Shown piece after piece: positions 33,487-45,273 of a stretch of DNA of 64,000 bases. The stretch covers positions 124,001-188,000 of the forward strand of contig CDRNVI010000014.1 of NCBI GenBank assembly GCA_977017575.1, given 5' to 3'. This stretch comes from Paramoeba atlantica. Lineage: Eukaryota > Protista > Discosea. Every line of letters begins with the position of its first letter. Position 1 is the stretch's first letter. A program made the translations under genes and the position numbers. The notes below the pieces were generated by a model. That model saw only the letters and a program-made list of their open reading frames with translations. It searched no databases and had not been told where the DNA came from.

Positions 33487-33818
33487 GTGAAAGTGAAGCA
33501 TTATTGCGCCAAAAAAAACAGTTTTTTACATTTTTCAAATATAGGTTTGAACCAAGTATGTTTTCTTTTAGAGTGTGTCAGATTATTAAAAATACAAACT
33601 TTTTTCACGGTTTATCACTATGAACTGCGCACAACAACACAACTAATTAAGTTGTAGAAATCCTTTATAAAGCGCTTTTTAAAATCCTTTTAAGCGCCTT
33701 TTTTAAATCCTTTAAAAAAGCGAAAGCAAAAGAAATAAGTACTAGCGGCCCATAAACCTAAAAAAATATCTTCATTTATTTTTTTCCAAAAAAGGCGCAA
33801 TAATGCTTCACTTTGACC
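33487..33818. mobile_element. Merlin MITE, 332 bp
   Basis: TIRs GGTGAAAGTGAAGCATTATTGCGCC / GGCGCAATAATGCTTCACTTTGACC; 8-bp TSD AGATTTTG (33479-33486, 33819-33826); same TIR as 19568. Confidence 0.92.
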
Positions 33819-33931
33819 AGATTTTGTCCTTGAACAAAGCGAATAAGGAAAAACGGTTCATCATGGCACTGCAAAGCATGTAAGCAATACAACAATAACG
33901 AACGACACATTAATAAGAAAGTTTGAAAATA

Positions 33932-34109
33932 CTGTCCCCCCGTTTAAGCGCATCTCGATTTCCGTGAAAAGTGCGCTTAAACGGGGGGATCTGAATCAGT
34001 ACATAATACAAAATTTGGCGCCGCTTCGCGGCGCCGGAGTCTGCACCTTAACTCTATAAGCGCTTAAACGGGTGGTCCGACCGGGTGAACTCGAGGGGAG
34101 GGGGAGCAG
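33932..34109. mobile_element. 178-bp TA-flanked MITE (family C)
   Basis: Aligns end to end with 12275-12451. Confidence 0.85.
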
Positions 34110-34911
34110 TACTTTGAATTCGAAATAAAAATGTTCAGAGGTTGAAATATATCAACGTAAGTCGGTCCTCTCTTGATCCCTGATATGCCTAGGGCGTATT
34201 ACGAAAGTTCAACTTGCCGTCATCTTTCAACTGGTATTGAGATAAATTCCCGCTTTGAATTCAACAAATGTTCTACGCCTTTCACTTGTGGACTTCATTT
34301 GATTCAAGCGCATAAAAGTGATTTTTCAAAGCTTCATGCCTTACAAGACGTCGAGCCGAGGAGTCCTGTAATTTAGCCATCCTCCGGGGATTAGCCTCGA
34401 CGTATAACATCAAACCAAACCGAGAAGTGATGATCACAGGAAACGCCGCTCCATGTGCACACGGAGACAATTTTTTTTCCTGCCAAAGATTGAATTAGGT
34501 TTGACTGTAACCCATGACGGATCTGGATTTTGTATTTCTGATATCACTCCCATCATAATATCGTCCTCCGGAATAAAATGAAGTCTTACCTTCCCTAATC
34601 AACTGCGTGGCTACTGATCCGCAGCCCTGAAAAGCATGAGAAAAAAAGGGAAGCATTGTAATCTGTGTGGGTCTTAACAAGATAAAGTGTTGTACTACTA
34701 AGTAATTGTAATGGAGAACTTTGCCGGACGATTGTCTTTTTTTCTGCCAATTTCAACTTTTTCGTGGAAGACCAAGCCTATAGCACAGAAATAGTAACGG
34801 TAATTAATGACAATGTTTACTTCTTGTACCGTTTTTTATGTTTTGATTTTCGTCCATTATCATTGATGGTGATATTTCCTATGTCGCAATTGTATTAATG
34901 TTATTTGAACT

Positions 34912-35757
34912 TTATACAAAAGGAATACAAATTGCTTTCCACCTTAATTTTGAAAAGTCTGTGTTTTCTTCTACTACACATGGCTTTGATTTTCGTGTAT
35001 CAAGTTGATAAAAATCATTTTTCTTGGCTTCATACCTTATGAGAGATGAGGGCGTTGCATCCCCCAGTTTTGCATACTTGCGAGGACTTTTTCCCTCGAC
35101 ACATAACCGCATATGGAACCAAGAGGGAGGAATGTAAGCCACGATATTATTCCCAAACAATGATATAAACTCGAATGCTTTCGGCAGATGCACAAAGTTT
35201 AGAACTCCCGTCAGTTTGTTTTCCGCGAATCCTAGTTGTGTTATTGTAGGGGGTAGCGCACTGATATCCAAGGGCCCAGAAAATGAATTTTGATACATGG
35301 ACAACTTTACCATTCCAGGAGGAAGTCGTGTGAGATCTAGTGAGCCTGTATAGTGATTACAATCAATGTGAAATGCTGTGAGAGAATCGGGAAAATGGCT
35401 CACATGTATCTCGCCAAATAGGTTATTATTCCAAATCCCGAAAGCGTTCAAGCGACGTGGAAATGGGCCTTTTAAAGTTCCACGCATACCCAGATTTTCC
35501 CAGAATATTCTTTCCACATTTGACTGGGAATCGCAGGAAACACCTCTCCACTGACAAACAGAAGTTTTTTTATGCGAGAGCAATCCTTTCTTGTTAGTAA
35601 TAACCCAAGAGGGGTCTGGATTCTTTATTTCTGATACTAGTCCCATCATAATAGCATCTTCGGAGATTACTTCAGGTCTTACTTTTCCTAACCTGGTGCG
35701 TGGTTGTTCCTCCGCGCAGAGAATAAAGGCGCAAATATAGAACCACTCAATAGGCAT
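34912..35757 (-). CDS. Leucine-rich repeat protein (start MPIEWF preferred; ORF open to 35823)
   Basis: RLGKVRP leader, CQWRGVSC cap, LRR units. Confidence 0.88.
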   Translation of the reverse strand: MPIEWFYICAFILCAEEQPRTRLGKVRPEVISEDAIMMGLVSEIKNPDPSWVITNKKGLLSHKKTSVCQWRGVSCDSQSNVERIFWENLGMRGTLKGPFPRRLNAFGIWNNNLFGEIHVSHFPDSLTAFHIDCNHYTGSLDLTRLPPGMVKLSMYQNSFSGPLDISALPPTITQLGFAENKLTGVLNFVHLPKAFEFISLFGNNIVAYIPPSWFHMRLCVEGKSPRKYAKLGDATPSSLIRYEAKKNDFYQLDTRKSKPCVVEENTDFSKLRWKAICIPFV

Positions 35758-36065
35758 GAATCCACTATGTAGAAATGATATTTGATAGAAGCAAGTCCGA
35801 CAAGTGAAATGAACTAAAAGCATACATGTATAGTTTAAATAAGTTAGCTATGGTTAGACCAACTTTCACCTGAGAAACTGCGGGCGAGTCCGGACTCACC
35901 CGCAGGTGACAATTCATCCACGATAATTAGCATTTTAAAGTACTTGAATAACCCGTGAAAGTACCCATTCCGGAATTGATGATCATGAAGTGAACAGTTT
36001 ACAAGGCACGAAAACGAATCACGCGTACATACCCACATGAAAACACAAAAAGCGACGCCTCTGTT

Positions 36066-36578
36066 CTACATCATTTGTTTTTGTAGCTCATGATTGGCAT
36101 AGATACCCAATCGCCGTCGCACGTGGGGGGCCAGTTTTTTAATCGCCCGCGTGCGGGAAATTTTCTGCAGCACCATTCCGTCCCTTTCCCTCTCCTTGCG
36201 TCGTTCTAAGCTCTTTTTTCGTTCCTCCCGAGCCCGACGACTTTGTGCCTCCATTTGTTCTTTTAAGGTGTCAGCTAGGTGCCGCACACGCTTCTTACGT
36301 TCTCTTTCCTCCATTCGGCGCTGCCACTTTTTCTCAGCTGCAGTCTTTTTCTGTGGTTTCAGATTTTTTTCCTTTGTTGGCATATATTCGGAATTTTCTT
36401 CTTTTGATTTAGCTGCCGATGGTGTGCGTTTAAGTATATTCTTTGATGAACTTTCAGATGATTTTTCTGGCACGTTTTGGAGGGGCAAACCGGAAGGAGA
36501 ATTCAAGATCGTGGTTTCCGTGCTGACGGCGGTAGCGTTGGGTTTGAATGGGATACGTTGGACTTGGATTCGAACCAT
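36066..36578 (-). CDS. Cgr1/CCDC86-like rRNA-processing coiled-coil protein
   Basis: KKWQRRMEER..LADTLKEQ..ERRKERERDGMVLQKISRTRAIKKL follows the Cgr1/CCDC86 pattern. Confidence 0.7.
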   Translation of the reverse strand: MVRIQVQRIPFKPNATAVSTETTILNSPSGLPLQNVPEKSSESSSKNILKRTPSAAKSKEENSEYMPTKEKNLKPQKKTAAEKKWQRRMEERERKKRVRHLADTLKEQMEAQSRRAREERKKSLERRKERERDGMVLQKISRTRAIKKLAPHVRRRLGIYANHELQKQMM

Positions 36579-37595
36579 GAGCAGAAAGGTAAAATAAAAG
36601 TACGGCAAAAGTGGATAAAAGTAGAAAATAGAGCGTGAAAAAGATAAACTGATTTAGGTGTGATCTTGAAACAAAGAATAAGAAAAATAGTTTCTTTCGA
36701 ATGAATAAGTCAAAGAAACAGGTAGTTTTTCAGTCTCTTTCGGTAAGCGTTGTTTTGGTATCATGCATCCATCAATAGCGGAACTAGGTTGCGTCATCAT
36801 GCGAATATACACATTGTATACATGCATCCATTTAATACTCACAATTTCTACGCTATGTCTAATGCCGTCGTTTCGTAAGGTTTTGAAAATCTTGGTTTCA
36901 CGAGTCATACACAACGTAAAGCATCTAGCTACCTGTCAGTCACTGCTGCTTTTACTATCTGTATGTTCTCATGATGAATTTCCTTTAATACGTATAAGTT
37001 AACTATAATAATTGAGGGGATGCGGGTGGCGAAGTTTCACCGAGGTTTCGCGAGATTTCATCGAGGTTTCACCCGCACTCCCTCTATTTCTCTGTATTTA
37101 TTCTGTCAAGAAGATAAGAAAATATAAAAGAAGATAAGAAAATATATATTAAAGTTTGGGGTTTTACATGCCCAAAATTCGAGCAGCATTCTGGCGAGAA
37201 AAAAGGTTGCTCGATTGTGAAGGAGATTGGTCACAAAAAAGCGCAAGGAATAATAGCAAAAATGAAACTGAAAAGCAGAGTCTCGACTTGAAGAGAAAAG
37301 GATATTTAGTTAAAAAAAGTATAAAGGATAGTGATATCATGCAAAAATGAGCGCTTAGTTATCATAATGAGTTAAACTAATGATCAAAAAGAAAATTCTG
37401 TAAAGATCTTTTTTTCAAAATGCGCTTAAGCACGTATACATTCCCCGAAAACGGAGAATATCATTCTCCGTTTTCCTGCGCTTCATACTTGATTTCCACA
37501 GACGTTCCCCATGGTAGGGGGGGAGGAGACCGATCAAACAGTCTCCAGTAGGCTCGTGCCATTTCAATGTGCCATTTTTTATGAAAACCATTGAA

Positions 37596-38846
37596 TTATG
37601 CCTCTGTTTGAACTCCTTCCGCCACATTACTATGAGTTTCTAGACAAGAAAACTCCCAAAGATCCGTTGGAGGTTCGGAACCCCTAAAAGGACGCAACGT
37701 ATCCTCAAGTGTTTGTGAGGACAGGACGGATGCATTATTCATATCATTTTCAGTTTCTTGTTTTAGTTCTGTTTTCTTATTTACGGGGTACAATACCCCT
37801 TTTCGCTGGTACAAGTAATACGTGTATTCCATATAGCCTCGAAGTTTACAGTCCACGTCGGTGACATCTCCACACCAGAAAAGAACATCTCTACGAACAG
37901 AGTAGGGATAGGTGAGAAGCCAGGGCCATGTGTTTCGAATGGACGCGTGGTACAGTTCCTCGAACTCCTTTAGCTCAAGATGATAGCCATAGGCCTTGTG
38001 AAGGGATTCTAACAAAATGCGAGGCGCGAGGGTTTCCCAAAGTATATACCGCAATTTTCGGTGAGGCGACCAGAAGAGCACCAATTCTTGTAATTTCTGT
38101 TCCTCCAAGCCCTGAAGGATTCGCTCTCCTTCTTCAATCAAATCGTCTACGTGGTCAAAAACTTGCTGTTCGTTGTAGTTTTTAAATCTGCGCACTAATT
38201 CGGGATTTATTTCAGGCAGAAGCCATGGAATTTCAACGTGTTCCGCCGACTGAATCAAACTTTGGTAATGGTTGGGAGCCTCGACATGCGTGTCGAAAGA
38301 AGAGCGTGTTGCATCTTCCAAAGGGCCATTTTGAAATATTTCATGAGTATAGCAATTGTTTTCTGCGGGCTTCACATTGCCTTCAGTATTGCACTCACTT
38401 TGAGAAACAGATGAAGAATTCGTCTTTGTATTGTATTTCTGGGGTGGAGAGGAAGACTTAGGGAGACAAGAGTTGTCAGGGCCCGATCGATCCCTTGCAG
38501 TACTTCCTAAAAGATTCGCGCCATTTTGATGCACGCGCCACTTTGAGAGAGTCTTAGCAGGTATACCCAAGGCTTTAGCAGCATCTGATAGTTTTGCGTA
38601 TTTTTTCGTCTGTTCAACAAAGTCGAGTTTTCTCTCTCTCGAGAAACAAGCTACGGGATTCACTATACCTGCTCTCCATTCTCGAAGAGCGGTACTTGAC
38701 ACACCAAGTGCTCTTGCAGCTTGTTCGGTATTTGGATAAGCATTACTTTTCCGTGCGAACTCCATCTTTTGCTCTTTCGTGTAACAAGGTTGTACACGTT
38801 TTCTTTTTTCGAGTTTTTGAACAGTGTGCGCCAAGGCAAGGGGCAT
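37596..38846 (-). CDS. Protein with two N-terminal helix-turn-helix repeats, 416 aa
   Basis: YTKEQKMEF..AARALGVSSTALREWR and FSRERKLDF..AAKALGIPAKTLSKWR. Confidence 0.7.
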   Translation of the reverse strand: MPLALAHTVQKLEKRKRVQPCYTKEQKMEFARKSNAYPNTEQAARALGVSSTALREWRAGIVNPVACFSRERKLDFVEQTKKYAKLSDAAKALGIPAKTLSKWRVHQNGANLLGSTARDRSGPDNSCLPKSSSPPQKYNTKTNSSSVSQSECNTEGNVKPAENNCYTHEIFQNGPLEDATRSSFDTHVEAPNHYQSLIQSAEHVEIPWLLPEINPELVRRFKNYNEQQVFDHVDDLIEEGERILQGLEEQKLQELVLFWSPHRKLRYILWETLAPRILLESLHKAYGYHLELKEFEELYHASIRNTWPWLLTYPYSVRRDVLFWCGDVTDVDCKLRGYMEYTYYLYQRKGVLYPVNKKTELKQETENDMNNASVLSSQTLEDTLRPFRGSEPPTDLWEFSCLETHSNVAEGVQTEA

Positions 38847-39138
38847 GGTAATTAAAAATATTTTAATTTATAAAATTGTAAATGTCTAGCAATACATCAG
38901 TATCTAATAAATCCCAAACATACATGTATGCTCTCTAATCATCCACACATTTTAATAAAATCCTTCCTCAAAAAAAGTTGGGTGAAAGAAATATGCACGG
39001 TTTCCTCTAGATACTCCCATCACATCACAGTTTTAGATTGCTGTACTTGACATTTGCACTGCACACCGTCGTCCATCACATAATCTCCGTACACTTACTC
39101 ATACGATCACTTCCGCCCCCCTCTGTTCGACCATGGCC

Positions 39139-42100
39139 TCACATTCCCGCAAACGCACTACGTGGACGAAACCCTGTTTGAGGTACCGATGGCGGGAAAC
39201 CCCCGCGACCCCCATTGTTGGTTCCCCCCTCCTGCGTTTTCCCATTGTTCCGCGAAAGACCATTTCCCCATCCATGGCCTTGAGCTCCCCTTTCATGTTG
39301 TCCATTGGGACTCTGAAAACGAGTATTGGACCCAAATACTGCAGTCTCAGTTTGTGCTGGTCCACCAGTACTCATCTCTGTCGCATTCCCAGCGGCGGGA
39401 GACCAAAACCCAGCCGAGGCTGAAAATGCAGAACGTGCACCAAATCCTGTTGAACTCTTTCCCATGCTATTCGAAGAACTTCCAAATCCAACATTGGAGG
39501 AAGGGGAACTGTTCCCCATCGTATTTGAATGCCCAAAACCTCCAAATCCTCCATGAGAGGAGAGGGCACCACTTCCCATAGTCTTCGCACCCCCCCATCC
39601 GCCCACTCCCCCAGGGAAGGAATTTGAATCCCCTAAAGAATTCATTTCCCCTAATGGGTTACTCCCCCCAAAGGGATGAGGCGCGGAGGATAAAACCGTA
39701 TTTGTGGGGAATACGCTTTCAGAGGGTTTCGCTGTGGTTGGCTCCACAGCGATGGGATTACCGAGTGTCTGATTTTCCTTATTCTTCTCCTTATTCTTAT
39801 TCCTTTCAAGATTCTTCTGTTCTTCTCCTTCTCCTCCGTTGTTCCCCTTATTTTGTGAAATCCCCCTAGAAGAGGAAGAGGAAGAAGAAAAGGGGTTCGA
39901 ACCTGTTTGAGGGTTCGTAGAAGAAAATTTAGCAAAGGGATGAGAGAACGGAACCTTTGCGTTTCCGGAGTCAGCGACAAAGGAGGAAGAAGAAAAAGAA
40001 AAAGGTGTTGTGGAGGAAGAGACCATTTTTTCATTCCCTTGTGTTTCTCCTGTTGTTGTTTTCGTTTTTTGTTCTCCTGTTGTTGTCGCTATTGTGGAAA
40101 AGGGGGAGGGGGGTGGGGGCTGGGTGGCCCAGGGGGATTTAAAGGGGTGAGTGGTGGTCGTGGTGGTCGTCCCCGTGGGTTGGGTAGTGGAGACCGTGGT
40201 GAAGGGTGAGGGGGTGGGCATTTTCGTCGTGTTTTCGGGGACAGAGGGTGGAGGAGGGGGAGCGCAAGGAGGGAGGGAAGGTCTTAAGGGAGGGGTGGGG
40301 TGGGTTGCGGTGGCGGAGAGGGTAGGGGAGGGGCTTGGGATTTTATGCTCAGGCTTTTGTGGAGCGCTGGATGGTGGTTTTACCCCGAAAGAAAGGTTTG
40401 TGAAGGGATTCAAAGTCTTGTCTTCGGGTTCTGGTATGTCCTTCTCTACGACGGACGATGTTGTCGTCCCGTGAGTCACGTTTTCTTTAAAAATATTTAT
40501 ATCGGTATTTGGCTTTGAGCCCACGTTTTCCGTATGAGACATCATCTGAGACTCAAGCCTGTTTTCACTGGAAAAAGCGCTCGTCGACTGGTCAAACTGA
40601 AACACAGAGGGTATTTCATTTGATTTCATGAGTGTTTCCGGAGTTTTGGTCGATATTTCAGTGTCAATGCTTTTTGTTGAGACTTTAAAATCGAAAGCCT
40701 TCGGAGTTAAGCTCGCCTCCTTTCCCTCTGGAGATTTCACCGCAAAGGAAAAGGGAGAAGATTTTTCAAATAGATTTGATTGCGGCAAATTTGTTTCCGT
40801 ATCGAATGAAGCCTTGACATCGCCTGATGCAGCCTCCTTTGATTTTGGGAGTAAAGTGGATAGTACCTGTGAAGAAAACGATGGAGTTTCAGCCTTTTGT
40901 TCTAGCAAAGAACCTGTATTGGCGATGCTAGCTTGACTTTTTAGGTTGTTCGAAAAAGAATTGACAGAATCCTTGGAACCCTTCGTCTCTAGATGTGATG
41001 ATAATTCAATGGCTGAAGTCTTTTTAGTGCCAGCAGCAAAATTTACGTCAGAAAAAGGTGTCGCGTTTTCTGTTTCATCTATGTTTTCGAGTTGTTGTCC
41101 AATCGAAAGACTGGTCGTATTTTCAATAAAAGAAAGAGCAACTTCCTTAGAAGATGACAATAGCGTACTCGCTGTGGATTTTTCGGGGGCCGTTTTATCT
41201 GATTTGACATAAAGTTCCTGCGCAATGACATCCTTTTTACCCTGTATTGACGTTGGAGTAATAGAGCGCATATCCTCTCTGGAATGAGTACTCATGCCAG
41301 CTGAATCCAAAGCCTGAGTCGTATTTAAAGCTAACGATGACACGGGTTTGTTGCTTCGTGTTTCCAGTTGTTCGACTTGTAATTTATCGGTAAATATTTT
41401 TGACCCCTTTACTGCCAATTGTTGTCGAAAGTGAGACGAAGGAGGTGGAAAAGGATCTGGCGATGCCTCTCGTGAACTCTTGATAGAAGATACGTCTAGT
41501 GAAGGCATCGCGGCTCGACCTGAGTGGTCTGGTTTGCGAGTTACGTTCGGATTTTTCGAGATTTGTTCAGAAGGCAATGTTTCGCTATTCTGGAGACTGC
41601 TTTCTTCAAATGACTTTCGGTTGCTGTCCTTGTAATGCAGAAAGTTTGTATTTACGCCTTTATCCACATCATCCGTCTGTGAGGCCCGACTTTCCGATGG
41701 TCGTAGTTTCGACTTTGAAACGGTCGCCTTTGAGTGATCTGAGACGGGCGCCGACGTAGGGACTCGAAAGCCTTTAAATTTAGGAATTGGCTTTTTCCTG
41801 ATGCCTTCCCCACTTTCCTTCGTACTGCTACGTGTCGATAGTCGTCCACATTCCTCGGTTAGAGATTCCCAGGTCGTTGCACGTTCGGGATGAGCAGATC
41901 CAAGATACAGTTGAGTAAATCCAAACATAAAGTCACCAGAGCTCGGCAAGGTGGAATCTCTCTTGGTAGCTGTTTCGTCCTTTTCTAAAGAACTAGAGAC
42001 AACATTGTCACGAGGTGAGTTAGTGTCTGCGTCCAAAAATGGTGTTAAAATGGCCGAGTTGACGCTACGTACCGAGTGAGCTTGTGTACCAGAGGCTAGC

Positions 42101-43821
42101 GAGGGGGCACGTGAGCGCATCCGCTGCACTTCACGAAGAGTCTCGCGGAGCTTGTCCCGTTCCGCTTCAAGACGGGCATTCATCGATTCCATTCGTTGTT
42201 CCATGATAGGATACACATTTCGTAGCTCCGAGCACTGTGACACGCTACGCTTTCGTATTTCATCGACAAGCGTGGAGCTCATCTTTGTATCTGTGGGTTC
42301 TGCGGATGATGAATCAATCGACAGAGTCTCTAAGAAGTTCTCAAGCCATGCGGTGCGTTTATCAAGATCGTTCGCACTATTAACAGGGTTGATAGAATTT
42401 ATATCAAAGACAGTAGATTGGATACCTTCGTTGTACAGATTTTCTTCCACAGAACCTTCTCCAAGTTCCATGTTGGCAGAATGTACCACACTAGGGTGTG
42501 TTATTTGCGAACTCCACTTAGAACCCAATGATTGCTCAGTTGAAGGCTCTAGCATTGTCTCTGAGAAAATTTCCTTCTTTATGGAAACATTCTCTGATGC
42601 GATTATGAGAGCATCTCCAGTGAAATGTCCAGACGAAGGGGAGTACGACTGTTGCAAATCGGAAGCCAAACCATGTAGATTCGCTTGATCAAAACTGGAA
42701 AGCTGTACAAAATCGGAAATAACTCCTGATCGAGTATCGTTTAGCCAATTTTTTCGTATTTCGCTCATCTCAATCGATTCAGGATAGGGGCTTAGCTCTG
42801 GTGTATGACGCCCCACAAGCGACTGAGACGTGCTGCTGGGGGTTTTTTGATGATCTGGATTCGCAAGGACGTGCCCTGGGATCTCTGCTTCGTTCGCTTT
42901 CAGCGTCAGGACATCCATAAATTCGGAAATCGAAGAGCTGTGCCGCGTCGTCCTATCTTCATCGGACTCGTAGAAACTTTGGGAAGCGCAACTCTCACTG
43001 TCGCTCAAAGAACCGAATGGAGGAGAGTACGCAACAGACTCCGCCTGGGGGAAATCTCGAAAAGCCGATGTATTCCGGATTTCGCCATTACTATTTTTAT
43101 TGTTATTCTTCTCTTGAAGTTTTTGTGCAAGCCGCATAGCCAAACCAAAGCCGCCAAGGCCTGCGGACGAGGAAGGCGCTTGAAAAGGCATGCTCGACGT
43201 CCGATGGATATCATCCAGAGTCTCGTGAGATACAAAGTTCTTTGCAGTTTGTGATTTGATACACTTGTCATTTTCTGATTCAATGTGTGGGCCTTCTTCG
43301 CAGCTCTTTCCTAGTCCTGTATCCGCTACTGAAAGCCCTTTGAGGGTAGAAATTGAAGTTTCGACTTTGTCAAACAATATTTCTGATGTCGAGTGCTTCG
43401 CATTTGGCGTGCTACACAACATGCTAGAGTCGGAACGCAGCGATAGTTTTTGATCAATTGAAGGAATTTGATTCTCCGTGAAAGACAACGAATCCGAAGG
43501 TGATAGATTCGAAGACTTTGTAGATAATGTGTCACTTCCTGACTCTGAGAGCATATCGAATTCCTCAACATAATCATGTGTGCTAAGTACCGGTGTGTCC
43601 TTTGGAAAATTCGTAAAGGCCGATGTAAACTTTTTAGTTGACTTGTTTTCATTCTTTTCTATAGCGTTTTTCAACTGCACGAGACCATGAAATCCGCCTG
43701 TAGAAGAAACACTGGATGTACTCAAAAATGGATTTGAAGCCTTCGACTTTTCATCTGGTTTATCTGAGAATACGCTCGATAAAGACATCTTATTGCCTTT
43801 GAAAGGATTTGAGTCAACCAT
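39139..43821 (-). CDS. Large Ser-rich protein with central coiled coil and C-terminal FG/PF repeats (FG-nucleoporin-like), 1560 aa
   Basis: Uninterrupted 4.7-kb ORF; coiled coil RMESMNARLEAERDKLRETL; repeated PFSF, GGFG, VGFG and AVFG near the C-terminus. Confidence 0.5.
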   Translation of the reverse strand: MVDSNPFKGNKMSLSSVFSDKPDEKSKASNPFLSTSSVSSTGGFHGLVQLKNAIEKNENKSTKKFTSAFTNFPKDTPVLSTHDYVEEFDMLSESGSDTLSTKSSNLSPSDSLSFTENQIPSIDQKLSLRSDSSMLCSTPNAKHSTSEILFDKVETSISTLKGLSVADTGLGKSCEEGPHIESENDKCIKSQTAKNFVSHETLDDIHRTSSMPFQAPSSSAGLGGFGLAMRLAQKLQEKNNNKNSNGEIRNTSAFRDFPQAESVAYSPPFGSLSDSESCASQSFYESDEDRTTRHSSSISEFMDVLTLKANEAEIPGHVLANPDHQKTPSSTSQSLVGRHTPELSPYPESIEMSEIRKNWLNDTRSGVISDFVQLSSFDQANLHGLASDLQQSYSPSSGHFTGDALIIASENVSIKKEIFSETMLEPSTEQSLGSKWSSQITHPSVVHSANMELGEGSVEENLYNEGIQSTVFDINSINPVNSANDLDKRTAWLENFLETLSIDSSSAEPTDTKMSSTLVDEIRKRSVSQCSELRNVYPIMEQRMESMNARLEAERDKLRETLREVQRMRSRAPSLASGTQAHSVRSVNSAILTPFLDADTNSPRDNVVSSSLEKDETATKRDSTLPSSGDFMFGFTQLYLGSAHPERATTWESLTEECGRLSTRSSTKESGEGIRKKPIPKFKGFRVPTSAPVSDHSKATVSKSKLRPSESRASQTDDVDKGVNTNFLHYKDSNRKSFEESSLQNSETLPSEQISKNPNVTRKPDHSGRAAMPSLDVSSIKSSREASPDPFPPPSSHFRQQLAVKGSKIFTDKLQVEQLETRSNKPVSSLALNTTQALDSAGMSTHSREDMRSITPTSIQGKKDVIAQELYVKSDKTAPEKSTASTLLSSSKEVALSFIENTTSLSIGQQLENIDETENATPFSDVNFAAGTKKTSAIELSSHLETKGSKDSVNSFSNNLKSQASIANTGSLLEQKAETPSFSSQVLSTLLPKSKEAASGDVKASFDTETNLPQSNLFEKSSPFSFAVKSPEGKEASLTPKAFDFKVSTKSIDTEISTKTPETLMKSNEIPSVFQFDQSTSAFSSENRLESQMMSHTENVGSKPNTDINIFKENVTHGTTTSSVVEKDIPEPEDKTLNPFTNLSFGVKPPSSAPQKPEHKIPSPSPTLSATATHPTPPLRPSLPPCAPPPPPSVPENTTKMPTPSPFTTVSTTQPTGTTTTTTTHPFKSPWATQPPPPSPFSTIATTTGEQKTKTTTGETQGNEKMVSSSTTPFSFSSSSFVADSGNAKVPFSHPFAKFSSTNPQTGSNPFSSSSSSSRGISQNKGNNGGEGEEQKNLERNKNKEKNKENQTLGNPIAVEPTTAKPSESVFPTNTVLSSAPHPFGGSNPLGEMNSLGDSNSFPGGVGGWGGAKTMGSGALSSHGGFGGFGHSNTMGNSSPSSNVGFGSSSNSMGKSSTGFGARSAFSASAGFWSPAAGNATEMSTGGPAQTETAVFGSNTRFQSPNGQHERGAQGHGWGNGLSRNNGKTQEGGTNNGGRGGFPPSVPQTGFRPRSAFAGM

Positions 43822-44106
43822 TGTATTTGAGGGAGTATTTTTAAAAAGTCACTTTTCTCTCAAGCATGAATATGACATTTTTTTTGTAGGTCTAAGAATA
43901 CGAAGAAGCATATCATACGTAAGAGCATATTGAAAAAGCGGTGGAACGAATTATTTGTTCACTGTTGAACTCGTAGTAGTTACGAATAAGTCACAAATAA
44001 ATAAGTTACAAATAAAAGCACGGTGAAAATACTGTATAAGAATTGAGAATCTGAAATACCTTAAAGAACTGTTAATGTATTTTATACAGGAAGACGATTG
44101 AACTCT

Positions 44107-45273
44107 TCAGGCGTTTGCCACATGCTCCTCAACACGTTCACATAAATCAGCTGAAAACAAGTTGTTCCTAATATTGATTTCTACTAAAAACGGTGGTAGC
44201 TGCTCGAGTACGAAACCTCCTTCAAAGCTGTTGTTCTGTAGAAAAAGTATTTCTAGTTCTTCAGGAAAATGTTTCCAATCAAGTTCTCCGTGAAATTTGT
44301 TATGACTAACATTAATAATTTGCAGACGTTGCGGAAGTTTTCTCACGTCAAGTAGGCCACTAAATTCGTTGTGGCTTATGTCAAAATATATGAGACTGAG
44401 TGGAAGGCTGCTCAGATCAACGTTACCTTGGAAAAAATTTTTACTCAAATCAAGCCTCTGCAAGCTCGGAGGAAGCCCACAAAACATTGTTTCCCCGATT
44501 AATAGGTTATTCATTAGTCGCAGATCTAGAAGTCTCTGCGGTAGATTGCTCAACACTACTTCTCCGGTGAATTGGTTGTACCCAAGGTTAAGTTCAGCCA
44601 TAGTATGAGGTAGGTTTTCGAGATCTAGATTCCCGGAAAATCTATTTGAGCTTAAATCCAAGTAATTGAGCACTGGTGCGACATCACGAATCATGGAAAG
44701 ATCGACTGTACCGTAAAAATTATTCCGATTCAATTCAAGTGAGTTTAGGTTGCTTGGTAATTCGTTCCAATCGGTGAAAAAGCCGTTAAACTGGTTATCA
44801 ACAATGTGAAATGTTCGAAGAGCGCGTGGAATCTCAGTAAATGCAAACTGCCCCGAGCATCCGTTATTCGCAAGGTCTAGGTGTAGGAGATCCGAAGGTA
44901 GGTCTCGCATCACAAAATTTCCGCTAAAGTGGCAATCTGAAACAAAAAACGTCGTCAAGTTTCGAGGCAAAGCGTCAGTTGGTATTAAGCCTTGCAACTC
45001 TGGATTTGAAAAACAAGAAAAAGTTTTGATACTATTAGGTAAATGATGCCAACTAAAGTTGCCGCGCAGTGACAGAGCATTCCAGGAGAGTCCCCGTGCC
45101 GTATTTTTTACATCGCAATGAATTCCTTTCCAACTACAGCACGATTGTGACTGATTCCATGAAGCGTGTGTATGAGCAATATTACTAATGAAAATGGAAA
45201 GCTCGGACTCCTGGCAAAGCAGCGCGCCACGCACCTTACCCAATCTTGCACGTTTGTAGGGAGGGCTCTCCAT
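44107..45273 (-). CDS. Leucine-rich repeat protein, 388 aa, about 11 LRRs
   Basis: KRARLGKVRGA leader, CSWKGIHC cap. Confidence 0.92.
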   Translation of the reverse strand: MESPPYKRARLGKVRGALLCQESELSIFISNIAHTHASWNQSQSCCSWKGIHCDVKNTARGLSWNALSLRGNFSWHHLPNSIKTFSCFSNPELQGLIPTDALPRNLTTFFVSDCHFSGNFVMRDLPSDLLHLDLANNGCSGQFAFTEIPRALRTFHIVDNQFNGFFTDWNELPSNLNSLELNRNNFYGTVDLSMIRDVAPVLNYLDLSSNRFSGNLDLENLPHTMAELNLGYNQFTGEVVLSNLPQRLLDLRLMNNLLIGETMFCGLPPSLQRLDLSKNFFQGNVDLSSLPLSLIYFDISHNEFSGLLDVRKLPQRLQIINVSHNKFHGELDWKHFPEELEILFLQNNSFEGGFVLEQLPPFLVEINIRNNLFSADLCERVEEHVANA

